A DNA stretch of 32,000 nucleotides, taken from Candidatus Scalindua sp. Lineage in GTDB: Bacteria; Planctomycetota; Brocadiia; Brocadiales; Scalinduaceae. Positions 25,166 through 32,000 of the stretch are shown piece after piece (positions within the stretch are counted from its first letter, which is position 1; every line of letters begins with the position of its first letter). The stretch lies in contig JALDRA010000001.1 of assembly GCA_031316235.1 (NCBI GenBank), positions 420,001 to 452,000 of the forward strand, given 5' to 3'. Made by a program: the position numbers and the translations under genes. The notes under the pieces were generated by a model. It saw only the letters and a list, made by a program, of their open reading frames with translations, was not told the DNA's origin and ran no database searches.

Positions 25166-26491
25166 ATGTGGAAACAATTATTATCAAAAAAAAGGTATTA
25201 TACCACTACTAAGATAGAAGAAGATGATAATGAAGATGAGTATAGAAGCAGTTTTCACAAAGATTATGACAGACTGATTTTTTCAAACTCATTTAGAAGG
25301 TTATCAAGAAAAACTCAAGTCCATCCTCTATCGAAAAATGACCATGTACATAACAGACTTACCCATAGCTTAGAAGTGGCTAGTGTAGGAAGAAGTTTAG
25401 GGCTTAAAGCGGGAGAAATGTTAAAAAATAACCATGATAACAGTATTAATCCCTATGATGTTGCATACATCATACAAACAGCGTGTTTAGCCCATGACAT
25501 TGGTAATCCTCCATTCGGACATGCAGGAGAAGAAGTCATTAAAGAATGGTTTAAAAAAGATAAAGAACCGTTAAAAGAATTGACACAAGAGGAAAAAGAT
25601 GACTTTCAATACCTCGATGGAAATGCACAAAGTTTCAGGATAGTCAGCCAACTTGAAAATAATTTATTTGCTGGTGGGATGCGCCTTACATTTGCAACTT
25701 TAGGTTCACTTGTAAAATATCCATACTCTTCAAACAATTGCAAAAATACTGGAGAATCAAAATTTAACTACTTTCAAAGTGAAAAAGATTTCTTTGAGCT
25801 TTTATTCAGCGAACTTGGTTTAAAGCTACACAATGGCTTATACAAAAGACATCCATTATCTTATCTAATGGAAGCTGCAGATGATATCTGTTACGGATTA
25901 CTTGACCTTCAGGATGCATTTGAACTTCAAATAATATCGTTAGAAGACATGGAACCTATTTTTAATTTTCTTTGTGGCAAGAATAAAACAGAAGAAGTAT
26001 ATAATACAAGGTGTCACCATGGTATTCAGATTGTTTCAAAACTTGTGGCCATTTCAATTAACAGATTAGCTATACATACAATGGAAGTATTTGAAGGCAA
26101 TTTTGAACAAATTACTGGTGATAAACAGCCCGGACATTTAATCAATTTATTTAAGGACGAACAGCTAAAAAATGGAATTACAGAAGCTAAAAAATTGGGA
26201 ATTGATAAAATATTTAATGAAAAAAGGAAAATTGAAATAGAACTCGGTGCATACAATATTATTGAAACAATTCTTGATAATTTGATTCCTGCAACATTTG
26301 AATTATACCAAAAAGATGAAGAATCACTCTCTTTCAGAAACAAAAGAGCCTTGGAACTAATGGATAATAATAAACCAGAAAGAGGGGAAAGCCTATTTAG
26401 AATGTATCAAAGAGTAGTTGATTATCTTTTTGGAATGACAGATAATTATGCAAAATATATCGCAAATCAATTAAATGGCATGGGAGCATGA
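25166..26491 (+). CDS. dgt: dGTP triphosphohydrolase-like HD-domain protein (Dgt family)
   Basis: 441 aa. FHKDYDRLIFSNSFRRLSRKTQVHPL...HNRLTHSLEVASVGRSLG...LAHDIGNPPFGHAGE is the Dgt signature. Strong SD GAGGAAATAAC-ATG. The gene is visibly more AT-rich than its flanks. Confidence 0.88.
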   Translation: MWKQLLSKKRYYTTTKIEEDDNEDEYRSSFHKDYDRLIFSNSFRRLSRKTQVHPLSKNDHVHNRLTHSLEVASVGRSLGLKAGEMLKNNHDNSINPYDVAYIIQTACLAHDIGNPPFGHAGEEVIKEWFKKDKEPLKELTQEEKDDFQYLDGNAQSFRIVSQLENNLFAGGMRLTFATLGSLVKYPYSSNNCKNTGESKFNYFQSEKDFFELLFSELGLKLHNGLYKRHPLSYLMEAADDICYGLLDLQDAFELQIISLEDMEPIFNFLCGKNKTEEVYNTRCHHGIQIVSKLVAISINRLAIHTMEVFEGNFEQITGDKQPGHLINLFKDEQLKNGITEAKKLGIDKIFNEKRKIEIELGAYNIIETILDNLIPATFELYQKDEESLSFRNKRALELMDNNKPERGESLFRMYQRVVDYLFGMTDNYAKYIANQLNGMGA

Positions 26492-26699
26492 TTTAAAGGA
26501 CGGGTATGTTCTCGTAAACAAAAAAAAGGCGGAAGTATGCCTTCATTGTGGGGAGCGGTTGTATGCTGAGGAGATTGTGAGGTCATTTGAGGAAATCAGG
26601 AAAAAGCTTAAAAGCCAGGAACTCTCTGATTTTAAACCGCTTGTACAATCAGTTACTGTTTCGGAAAATTGGCCTAACAAAAGTATACAGCCAACATAA
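26475..26699 (+). pseudogene. 5'-truncated YgiT-type zinc-finger (MqsA-N-like antitoxin) gene remnant
   Basis: DLKDGYVLVNKKKAEVCLHCGERLYAEEIVRSFEEIRKKL matches only the C-terminal half of YgiT-type zinc-finger proteins (second CxxC pair). The first CxxC half is missing. The frame opens right after a TAA inside the 3' end of dgt. Confidence 0.55.
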
Positions 26700-26794
26700 A
26701 ACTGCGATGTTTTGTATCGTAAGTGGTTTTGGCTATCAAAGTTTAATTGTTCACAAATGATTTCTGTCTTATTCGGCTGATACTCAAACGTACA

Positions 26795-27064
26795 ATGAAC
26801 AAAGAATGCAAAGATATATACAATAGATTACATAAGATTTACAAAAAACATCTTAAAAGATATAGAAATCCTGATTCGAAACAGATTTGCTGTATGTGGT
26901 CTACTTTTAATCCACCAGACGAAATATATGAGTGTCAACAAATATATGACATTGAAGAAGAATTTGATATCGAACTCACACTAGATGATGCATTAGAAAT
27001 ATATGATATGATGCTTGAAGAAGCGTCTGAATCTATTTTGAAAATTATAAATAAAACAAAATAA
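26795..27064 (+). CDS. Hypothetical small acidic protein (89 aa)
   Basis: MNKECKDIYNRLHKIYKKHLKRY...IYDIEEEFDIELTLDDALEIYDMMLEEASESILKIINKTK, with a basic N-terminus and an acidic helical C-terminus. AT-rich like dgt. No family recognised. The track start at 26747 is TTG; ATG 26795 is preferred. Confidence 0.45.
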   Translation: MNKECKDIYNRLHKIYKKHLKRYRNPDSKQICCMWSTFNPPDEIYECQQIYDIEEEFDIELTLDDALEIYDMMLEEASESILKIINKTK

Positions 27065-27221
27065 AAACAAGCGGAATGTGTCAATAGGGATTACACACTT
27101 TTTTAAAAAATTTATTAAACGAATAGGAGACTAATTAGTGCGTGAACAAAAAACCCTGTGTATGAGCAAAAATAACTTTACCTTTTCGCCTCTCATTTTG
27201 AGGGGCTGATCAGAAGGGCTG

Positions 27222-27345
27222 TTGGCTCGTTACTTTCGCCTCACCGATTTACTACTTGAATTTGACCCTGATTCAGGCATACCTCATACAAGATCACTGA
27301 ATAACGGTTTATTTGAATTACGTCTAAAAGGAAAAGAGGGCATTG
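27222..27345 (+). pseudogene. Internal fragment of a Gp49-like/RelE-HigB-family toxin gene (DUF891-type)
   Basis: ..[37 protein letters not shown] matches the central ..LLEEFGPNLGMPYVKKL.DGLWELRIK... region of phage Gp49-like toxins. The N-terminus is cut by an in-frame TGA upstream. The C-terminal half is replaced by the kinase gene. Confidence 0.55.
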
Positions 27346-27354
27346 CACTCAAGT

Positions 27355-28338
27355 ATGAACGAAAATTTTCAAGAGATTACTCGGAGAGCGGTTGGAACCG
27401 ATATCTTCAAGATAGAAGATATCCAGACACTCTGGAGTGGGTACGGCAAGATCATGCGCTATGGCCTGAAGGACGGTAAGAGAAAAAGTGTTGTGATCAA
27501 ATATGTCAAGCTGCCAGAACAAAGTCTGCATCCACGTGGTTGGAATACCGACCTTTCTCATGAGCGTAAGATCCGGTCCTACCAGGTTGAAACAGCCTGG
27601 TACCGCTACTGGGCTGAACTCTGTGATGACAGCTGCCCCATCCCCCATTGCCTTCTCCTTGAATCATCTAAGGATGAGTTTCTTATGGTACTTGAGGATC
27701 TGGATGCCAGTGGTTTTCCGACCCGTAAAGATTCAGCTTCCACGATCGAGCTGCAGGTCTGCCTGAAATGGCTGGCGAACCTGCATGCCATCTTTATGGG
27801 CAAAGAGCCCGCAGGGCTTTGGCCGGTGGGTACTTATTGGCACCTGGATACCCGTCCCGATGAACTCGATGTGATGGAGGATCCTGCTCTCAAACAGGCT
27901 GCGACCCGGATTGACCAGAAACTTCGTGCGAGTCCTTATCAAACCTTCGTGCATGGTGATGCTAAGCTGGCTAACTTCTGTTTTTCTTCAGATGGGCAGC
28001 AGGTTGCGGCAGTGGATTTTCAATACGTCGGTGGTGGATGCGGCATGAAAGATGTGGCCTATTTTATTGGCAGCTGTCTCGATGAAAACGATTGCGAACG
28101 CTATGAAGAGGAATTATTGGATTGGTATTTTGCTCAGCTTAAAGAGGCGCTGAAAAAGTGTAAGTCACCTATCGACCCGGCAGCTATCGAGGAAGATTGG
28201 CGTGCCTTATTCCCGGTTGCCTGGGCCGATTTTCACCGTTTCATGAAAGGATGGAGTCCGGGCCACTGGAAGATTCATGGCTATAGTGAACGTATTACGC
28301 ATGATGTGGTCGCACAATTGAATTCAGAAAATCTCTAA
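27355..28338 (+). CDS. Protein-kinase-like phosphotransferase (APH/choline kinase/EcKL, DUF1679-like)
   Basis: About 327 aa. Brenner-type catalytic motif [13 protein letters not shown] followed by [10 protein letters not shown]. The overall layout matches the ecdysteroid-kinase-like/APH fold. G+C is visibly higher than in neighbouring genes. ATG 27355 is preferred over the track TTG at 27343. Confidence 0.75.
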   Translation: MNENFQEITRRAVGTDIFKIEDIQTLWSGYGKIMRYGLKDGKRKSVVIKYVKLPEQSLHPRGWNTDLSHERKIRSYQVETAWYRYWAELCDDSCPIPHCLLLESSKDEFLMVLEDLDASGFPTRKDSASTIELQVCLKWLANLHAIFMGKEPAGLWPVGTYWHLDTRPDELDVMEDPALKQAATRIDQKLRASPYQTFVHGDAKLANFCFSSDGQQVAAVDFQYVGGGCGMKDVAYFIGSCLDENDCERYEEELLDWYFAQLKEALKKCKSPIDPAAIEEDWRALFPVAWADFHRFMKGWSPGHWKIHGYSERITHDVVAQLNSENL

Positions 28339-28472
28339 AATAACAGTGGCGATTCTTTGTTTTTGACATCTACTTGCAACTTCCCAAAAAGATAGTAATG
28401 ATTAAATGCCTGAGAGTCCCCTTGATACTATTTTACAGTAGACTTATTCACCAAACTTGACTATATTTCATT

Positions 28473-28648
28473 GTCCGGTCAGGTTTTCGGGTGGGCGGCT
28501 ATTGTCATACCTGAAGGCTTTTTATCAGGTATCCAGAAGTACGTTCATCCTGGATTCCCGCTAAAAACCTGCCTGCCCGAACAGGTACAGGCAAGCGGGA
28601 ATGACAGCTTTGCGGCAATAAATAAAACAGCCAAAAACCTGACCGGAC
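28473..28648. repeat. Family-3 nested-palindrome element (MITE/REP-like, ~176 bp)
   Basis: Terminal inverted repeats gtccggtcaggttttcgg (28473-28490) / ccaaaaacctgaccggac (28631-28648) match at 17/18. Inner imperfect palindromes include gtcatacc..ggtatccag..ctggattcccgc..gcgggaatgac. The 61-aa ORF 28471..28656 (..VIPEGFLSGIQ..SGND..) is a translation of the palindrome. Confidence 0.8.
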
Positions 28649-28717
28649 GTTATTGAATTATACTCTAATTTGAGAAAAAAACAAAAACTGATAATTCAGC
28701 ACTTTTTAAGGAAAAAT

Positions 28718-29200
28718 ATGACTGCAGAAATTATACGGGACCATACAATACTGCAAACCACTATCGCGAATCTCAGAAAAACAGGAAAGAAGGTTATATT
28801 CGCCAACGGCTGTTTTGATATCCTCCATGTAGGCCATATCCGGTATTTACAGGAAGCAAAGACACTCGGTGACGTGCTTGTGGTTGCCGTGAATAGTGAT
28901 GCATCAATGAGAGCCATAAAGGGTGAAGGTCATCCATACATTCCGGAAGATGAAAGGCTTGAGATATTGGCGGCCCTGCGCTGCATCGATTATCTTACCC
29001 TTTTTTCTGAAAAAACGGTAGATAGCCTGCTCTTACAGTTAAAGCCTGATGTCCAGGCAAAGGGAACTGATTATACAAAAGAGACGGTTCCTGAAAGAGA
29101 AACGGTAATATCTTACGGTGGTGAAATTGCAATCACGGGAGATAAAAAAACCCACTCAAGTTCATGGATAAAGAGTGATTTGTCATACAGTAAAAAATAG
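28718..29200 (+). CDS. rfaE2: D-glycero-beta-D-manno-heptose-1-phosphate adenylyltransferase (RfaE domain II, cytidylyltransferase fold)
   Basis: VIFANGCFDILHVGHIRYLQEAKTLGDVLVVAVNSDASMRAIKG is nearly identical in pattern to the C-terminal domain of E. coli HldE. ATG 28718 (SD AAGGAAAAA) is preferred over the track TTG at 28670. Confidence 0.88.
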   Translation: MTAEIIRDHTILQTTIANLRKTGKKVIFANGCFDILHVGHIRYLQEAKTLGDVLVVAVNSDASMRAIKGEGHPYIPEDERLEILAALRCIDYLTLFSEKTVDSLLLQLKPDVQAKGTDYTKETVPERETVISYGGEIAITGDKKTHSSSWIKSDLSYSKK

Positions 29201-29439
29201 ATGATTTCCCAGACAGGAGAAGATGGATACAAATTGGCACGATACCTCCGTAAAAACCTGTCTCTCTCAAGTAAAAACAATAGAGGGGCCATTTCGGGCG
29301 GTAACAAAAATGGTATTATATAATATGAGAATTAGTAGAGCATTAAACAATGGGAAATGACATCCCCATAATCACCCTTCAAACGGGGACTTTAATAGAG
29401 TAAAGAATCCGGCAACAATTTAGAAAAAGATCAAATAGC

Positions 29440-29561
29440 GTTTGAACGAAAACTGACCGGATGCAAGGCGCGTTAAAATTCCGGAACCGGAGCGTAATCA
29501 GGTACGTGAGGATTACGGAATGTTAACAGCAACGCCGTAGATGGGTAGTTTTCGATCAAAC
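29440..29561 (+). repeat. Family-2 122-bp long-hairpin element, copy 2
   Basis: Terminal inverted repeat gtttgaacgaaaact/agttttcgatcaaac (14/15). Inner stem gttaaaattccg/cggaatgttaac. Same apex accggagcgtaatcaggtacgtgaggat. Same length and register as copy 1. Confidence 0.88.
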
Positions 29562-29562
29562 A

Positions 29563-30477
29563 CTAAATACCGCTTACAATACGATTGGCAAGATCAAAGG
29601 GAAGCGCGGCTTCAAGGATTTTCTTCCTCACCGCGTGTGTGTTGTACTCCGATTTTTCCAGAAATACTTTCTGTGTTTCAGTATCGTAGATCTTATAAGA
29701 GGCCATGGGGATACCGTCTCTCGGCTGGCCAACGGAGCCGGGATTTATGTAGTAACGCTGGACAGGGCTCAGGTGAACATCGAATGACTCCAGCCTCTCT
29801 GCCGATCCTCTTTCAGCCAGCATAAGTTTTTTATCAATTTGGTCTGTCGGGACAAATACTGAAGCAGAAACATCTCTTCCTTGCCTGGTATAGAGATACG
29901 CAGCTGGTTTGTGTGTATGGCCGGCAAACGTTATCTTTGCATAGAGTAAATCATACTGTAACATTTTCGAATTCATTACATATGCATAATCTTCAGGGCA
30001 ATCGGGTGTACTGTGAACCAATTCGATTCCTAATTTCCATATCCTTTTTCTCATAACGAGAGTTTTGAGAAAAGAAATATTATCATCCCGGATAACTTTC
30101 TTTGTCCAGTTTATGGATATACCTGCCGAAGATGCCATTACCGTATTAAGCTGGCCGATAACCCGTTGATCATGATTACCCGCTATTACGGTGGCCGTTT
30201 TTCCAAGAGCACAAATAGAGTCAATGCTATCTCTTTTATCAGCAGCATCAATGTCAATTGTATCGATAATCTCTCTTATTTCACTCTTCAGGAAAGAGTC
30301 TCCGTCTCTGAGAAATCTTACGATAGTGCAGCATTCATTGGGGTTTACACCGTAGCCAACGATATCACCCAGGATAAAAACTCTCTCTATCTTCTCATTA
30401 TTTCTGTGAAGTTCCAAAAAAACAGAGATCAGGGCTTCAATATTGCTGTGGATGTCTGAAATAACCAGGAATCTCAT
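29563..30477 (-). CDS. Calcineurin-like metallophosphoesterase
   Basis: 304 aa. MRFLVISDIHSN (DxH), ILGDIVGYG (GDxxxxG), AGNHD and GHTH motifs. Confidence 0.82.
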   Translation of the reverse strand: MRFLVISDIHSNIEALISVFLELHRNNEKIERVFILGDIVGYGVNPNECCTIVRFLRDGDSFLKSEIREIIDTIDIDAADKRDSIDSICALGKTATVIAGNHDQRVIGQLNTVMASSAGISINWTKKVIRDDNISFLKTLVMRKRIWKLGIELVHSTPDCPEDYAYVMNSKMLQYDLLYAKITFAGHTHKPAAYLYTRQGRDVSASVFVPTDQIDKKLMLAERGSAERLESFDVHLSPVQRYYINPGSVGQPRDGIPMASYKIYDTETQKVFLEKSEYNTHAVRKKILEAALPFDLANRIVSGI

Positions 30478-30833
30478 TTTTATACCTTTGCCTGTTGTTT
30501 TTTATCGTCGAAATGATGAGTAAGCTGTTTATGATACCAATGTGGCTATTAAAGCAAAACAGCTCAAAATTTCAACATTTTTCCTGACCAGAACGAATTG
30601 AAGAAGGATTTGAGCGTTACAAACTTCGGTTTTTTTCCGTCTCTCATGCCGCATAAATAGAAAGAAACAGATAAACCTCTATCTTGACTGAACAGGTATG
30701 CAATATTACCATATCTACATCTTTCCTTCATCGTATCTTAATGATTGCTTTGTTATATTAATGACAACTCATTACCAGCAGGCTTTTATTGTTTACCGGA
30801 ATCTTTTACCGGTGAACTTCCGTCAACACAGGC

Positions 30834-32000
30834 ATGTGCAAGCGAACAGTATACAATATTCTGGTTTTTTTATCTGTATTGATTTCAACAGGCTGTGCAT
30901 CGCACTATCCGCATGATCATGCATACGTATCTGATTCAATAAACGACCGGACCGGACACAATCTTGGATCAGACAATGAGATGGATGGTTTCAGACTGCC
31001 TGACGATGTTTCTCTCGCAGGCGGTCTGACAGAATATGAAGCGGTTGCAATCGCTTTATGGAATAATGCCAGATTCCAAGCAGACCTTACTGATCTCGGC
31101 TTTTCACGGGCAGATCTGATAGAAGCGGGTATGATCAGTAATCCTGAATTTACAACGCTTCTTTCGACGGGGCCGAAACAGATGGAAGCTTTCGTATTTT
31201 TGCCGCTTGTGTCGCTATGGCAGAGACCATATCAGGTATCTGCGGCAAAACTCAGCGCTGAACGCGTGGCTGAAAACCTGGTCCAGAATGGTCTCAACCT
31301 CGTTCGTGACGTTATCATGACCTACAGCGATCTTCTCTTTGCACAGAAGCGGGTAACTATTGCCGAAGAAGAAAAATATCTTGCTGAAGAAATAGCAGTT
31401 ATTGTACAGGCTCAGCTGCGGGCCGGTGACATAAGCGAGCTGGAGGAGACTACCTTTCAACTTGAAGCAGCTCAAAAACAGAGGGATCTGGTCGGTTACC
31501 GGCGTGATGCCGCTCTTTTAGGTGCGAAGTTGAAAACACTCATGGGTATGGAGCAGGAAGAAAATACCCTTACGCTAACGCCTGCTCAGATTGATGATAG
31601 CCGGACCCTCAATCTTGATGAACTCCTCACTTTAGCATATGCGGCACGGCCTGATTTACGTGCGGCAGAGATTGCTATTGAAGAAGCTGGCAAGCGTCTG
31701 GGATGGGAACGCTCAAAAATTTTCAATTTTACTGCCGTTGCGGATTATAATGAGAGGGGTACAAGCGGCCCGGAATTCGGGCCGGGCTTCAGGTTTGAAC
31801 TACCTGTCTTTAACCAGAATAATGGAAAGGTCGCACGTTCTCACGCGCAACTGGAGCTGGCAATAAGAGAGTACCTTGTTGTTAAACATGAAATAGCACT
31901 CAGGGTTCGTGAGGCCTATACAAATTATCGTGCTGCCCAGAAAGCATTGATGATACTGCGAACCAGGATATTGCGCATGGCGGCAACTGAAACACGCAAA
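30834..32000 (+). CDS. TolC-family outer-membrane efflux lipoprotein (OEP; CzcC/NodT-like), 3' end beyond the window
   Basis: Absent from the ORF track because it is open at the right edge. The frame opens after TGA at 30813. The first ATG, 30834, gives MCKRTVYNILVFLSVLISTGCAS (lipobox STGC). The frame continues ..LTEYEAVAIALWNNARFQADL..RAGDISELEE..AARPDLRAAEIAIEEAG.., typical OEP repeats. Confidence 0.85.
   Translation, partial: MCKRTVYNILVFLSVLISTGCASHYPHDHAYVSDSINDRTGHNLGSDNEMDGFRLPDDVSLAGGLTEYEAVAIALWNNARFQADLTDLGFSRADLIEAGMISNPEFTTLLSTGPKQMEAFVFLPLVSLWQRPYQVSAAKLSAERVAENLVQNGLNLVRDVIMTYSDLLFAQKRVTIAEEEKYLAEEIAVIVQAQLRAGDISELEETTFQLEAAQKQRDLVGYRRDAALLGAKLKTLMGMEQEENTLTLTPAQIDDSRTLNLDELLTLAYAARPDLRAAEIAIEEAGKRLGWERSKIFNFTAVADYNERGTSGPEFGPGFRFELPVFNQNNGKVARSHAQLELAIREYLVVKHEIALRVREAYTNYRAAQKALMILRTRILRMAATETRK

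Noticed and set aside
28471-28656. 61-aa + strand ORF
   Set aside because: It coincides exactly with the nested palindrome. Peptides like VIPEGFLSGIQ/SGND look, from memory, like translations of GTCATTCCCGC-type palindromic repeats.

Overview
A 32-kb chromosomal window from a moderately AT-rich Gram-negative-type bacterium. Gene content could fit an uncultured planctomycete- or anammox-like lineage, but the window alone cannot prove taxonomy. The left third (1-13 kb) holds housekeeping and envelope genes: rpsA (partial), cmk, a secreted PLD/Nuc-like protein, mtaB, a Nudix hydrolase, an isochorismatase-like hydrolase, rpsU, a TIGR01212-type radical SAM, a DUF799-like lipoprotein, arfB, a cyclophilin, a VanZ-like membrane protein and an OprO/P-type porin. 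The middle (13-25 kb, plus 28.7-29.2 kb) is an envelope-glycan/LPS-core cluster. It contains a CpsB-like PHP phosphatase, two SAM methyltransferases, a NodU/CmcH carbamoyltransferase, two GT-B glycosyltransferases, a B12-binding radical SAM enzyme, a GT9 heptosyltransferase, and split ADP-heptose genes rfaE1 and rfaE2. A compositionally mosaic ~3.6-kb islet separates rfaE1 from rfaE2. It holds an AT-rich dGTPase, two toxin-antitoxin gene remnants, a small acidic ORF, a GC-richer EcKL/APH-like kinase and a nested-palindrome element. The right end carries a metallophosphoesterase and a TolC-family lipoprotein that is open at the window edge. I saw no rRNA, tRNA, CRISPR array, transposase or integrase. 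The most unusual content is non-coding, in three repeat families. (1) Nine copies or fragments of a ~112/140-bp bipartite hairpin repeat lie between 3.6 and 20.2 kb, all intergenic; two nearly identical copies bracket a glycosyltransferase gene. (2) Two copies of a 122-bp long-hairpin element share five fully compensatory base-pair changes, and each abuts the stop codon of a minus-strand gene. (3) One ~176-bp nested palindrome has 18-bp terminal inverted repeats. Also notable are a probable non-AUG start on the isochorismatase-like gene and a GC-rich structured intergenic segment behind a near-consensus promoter.
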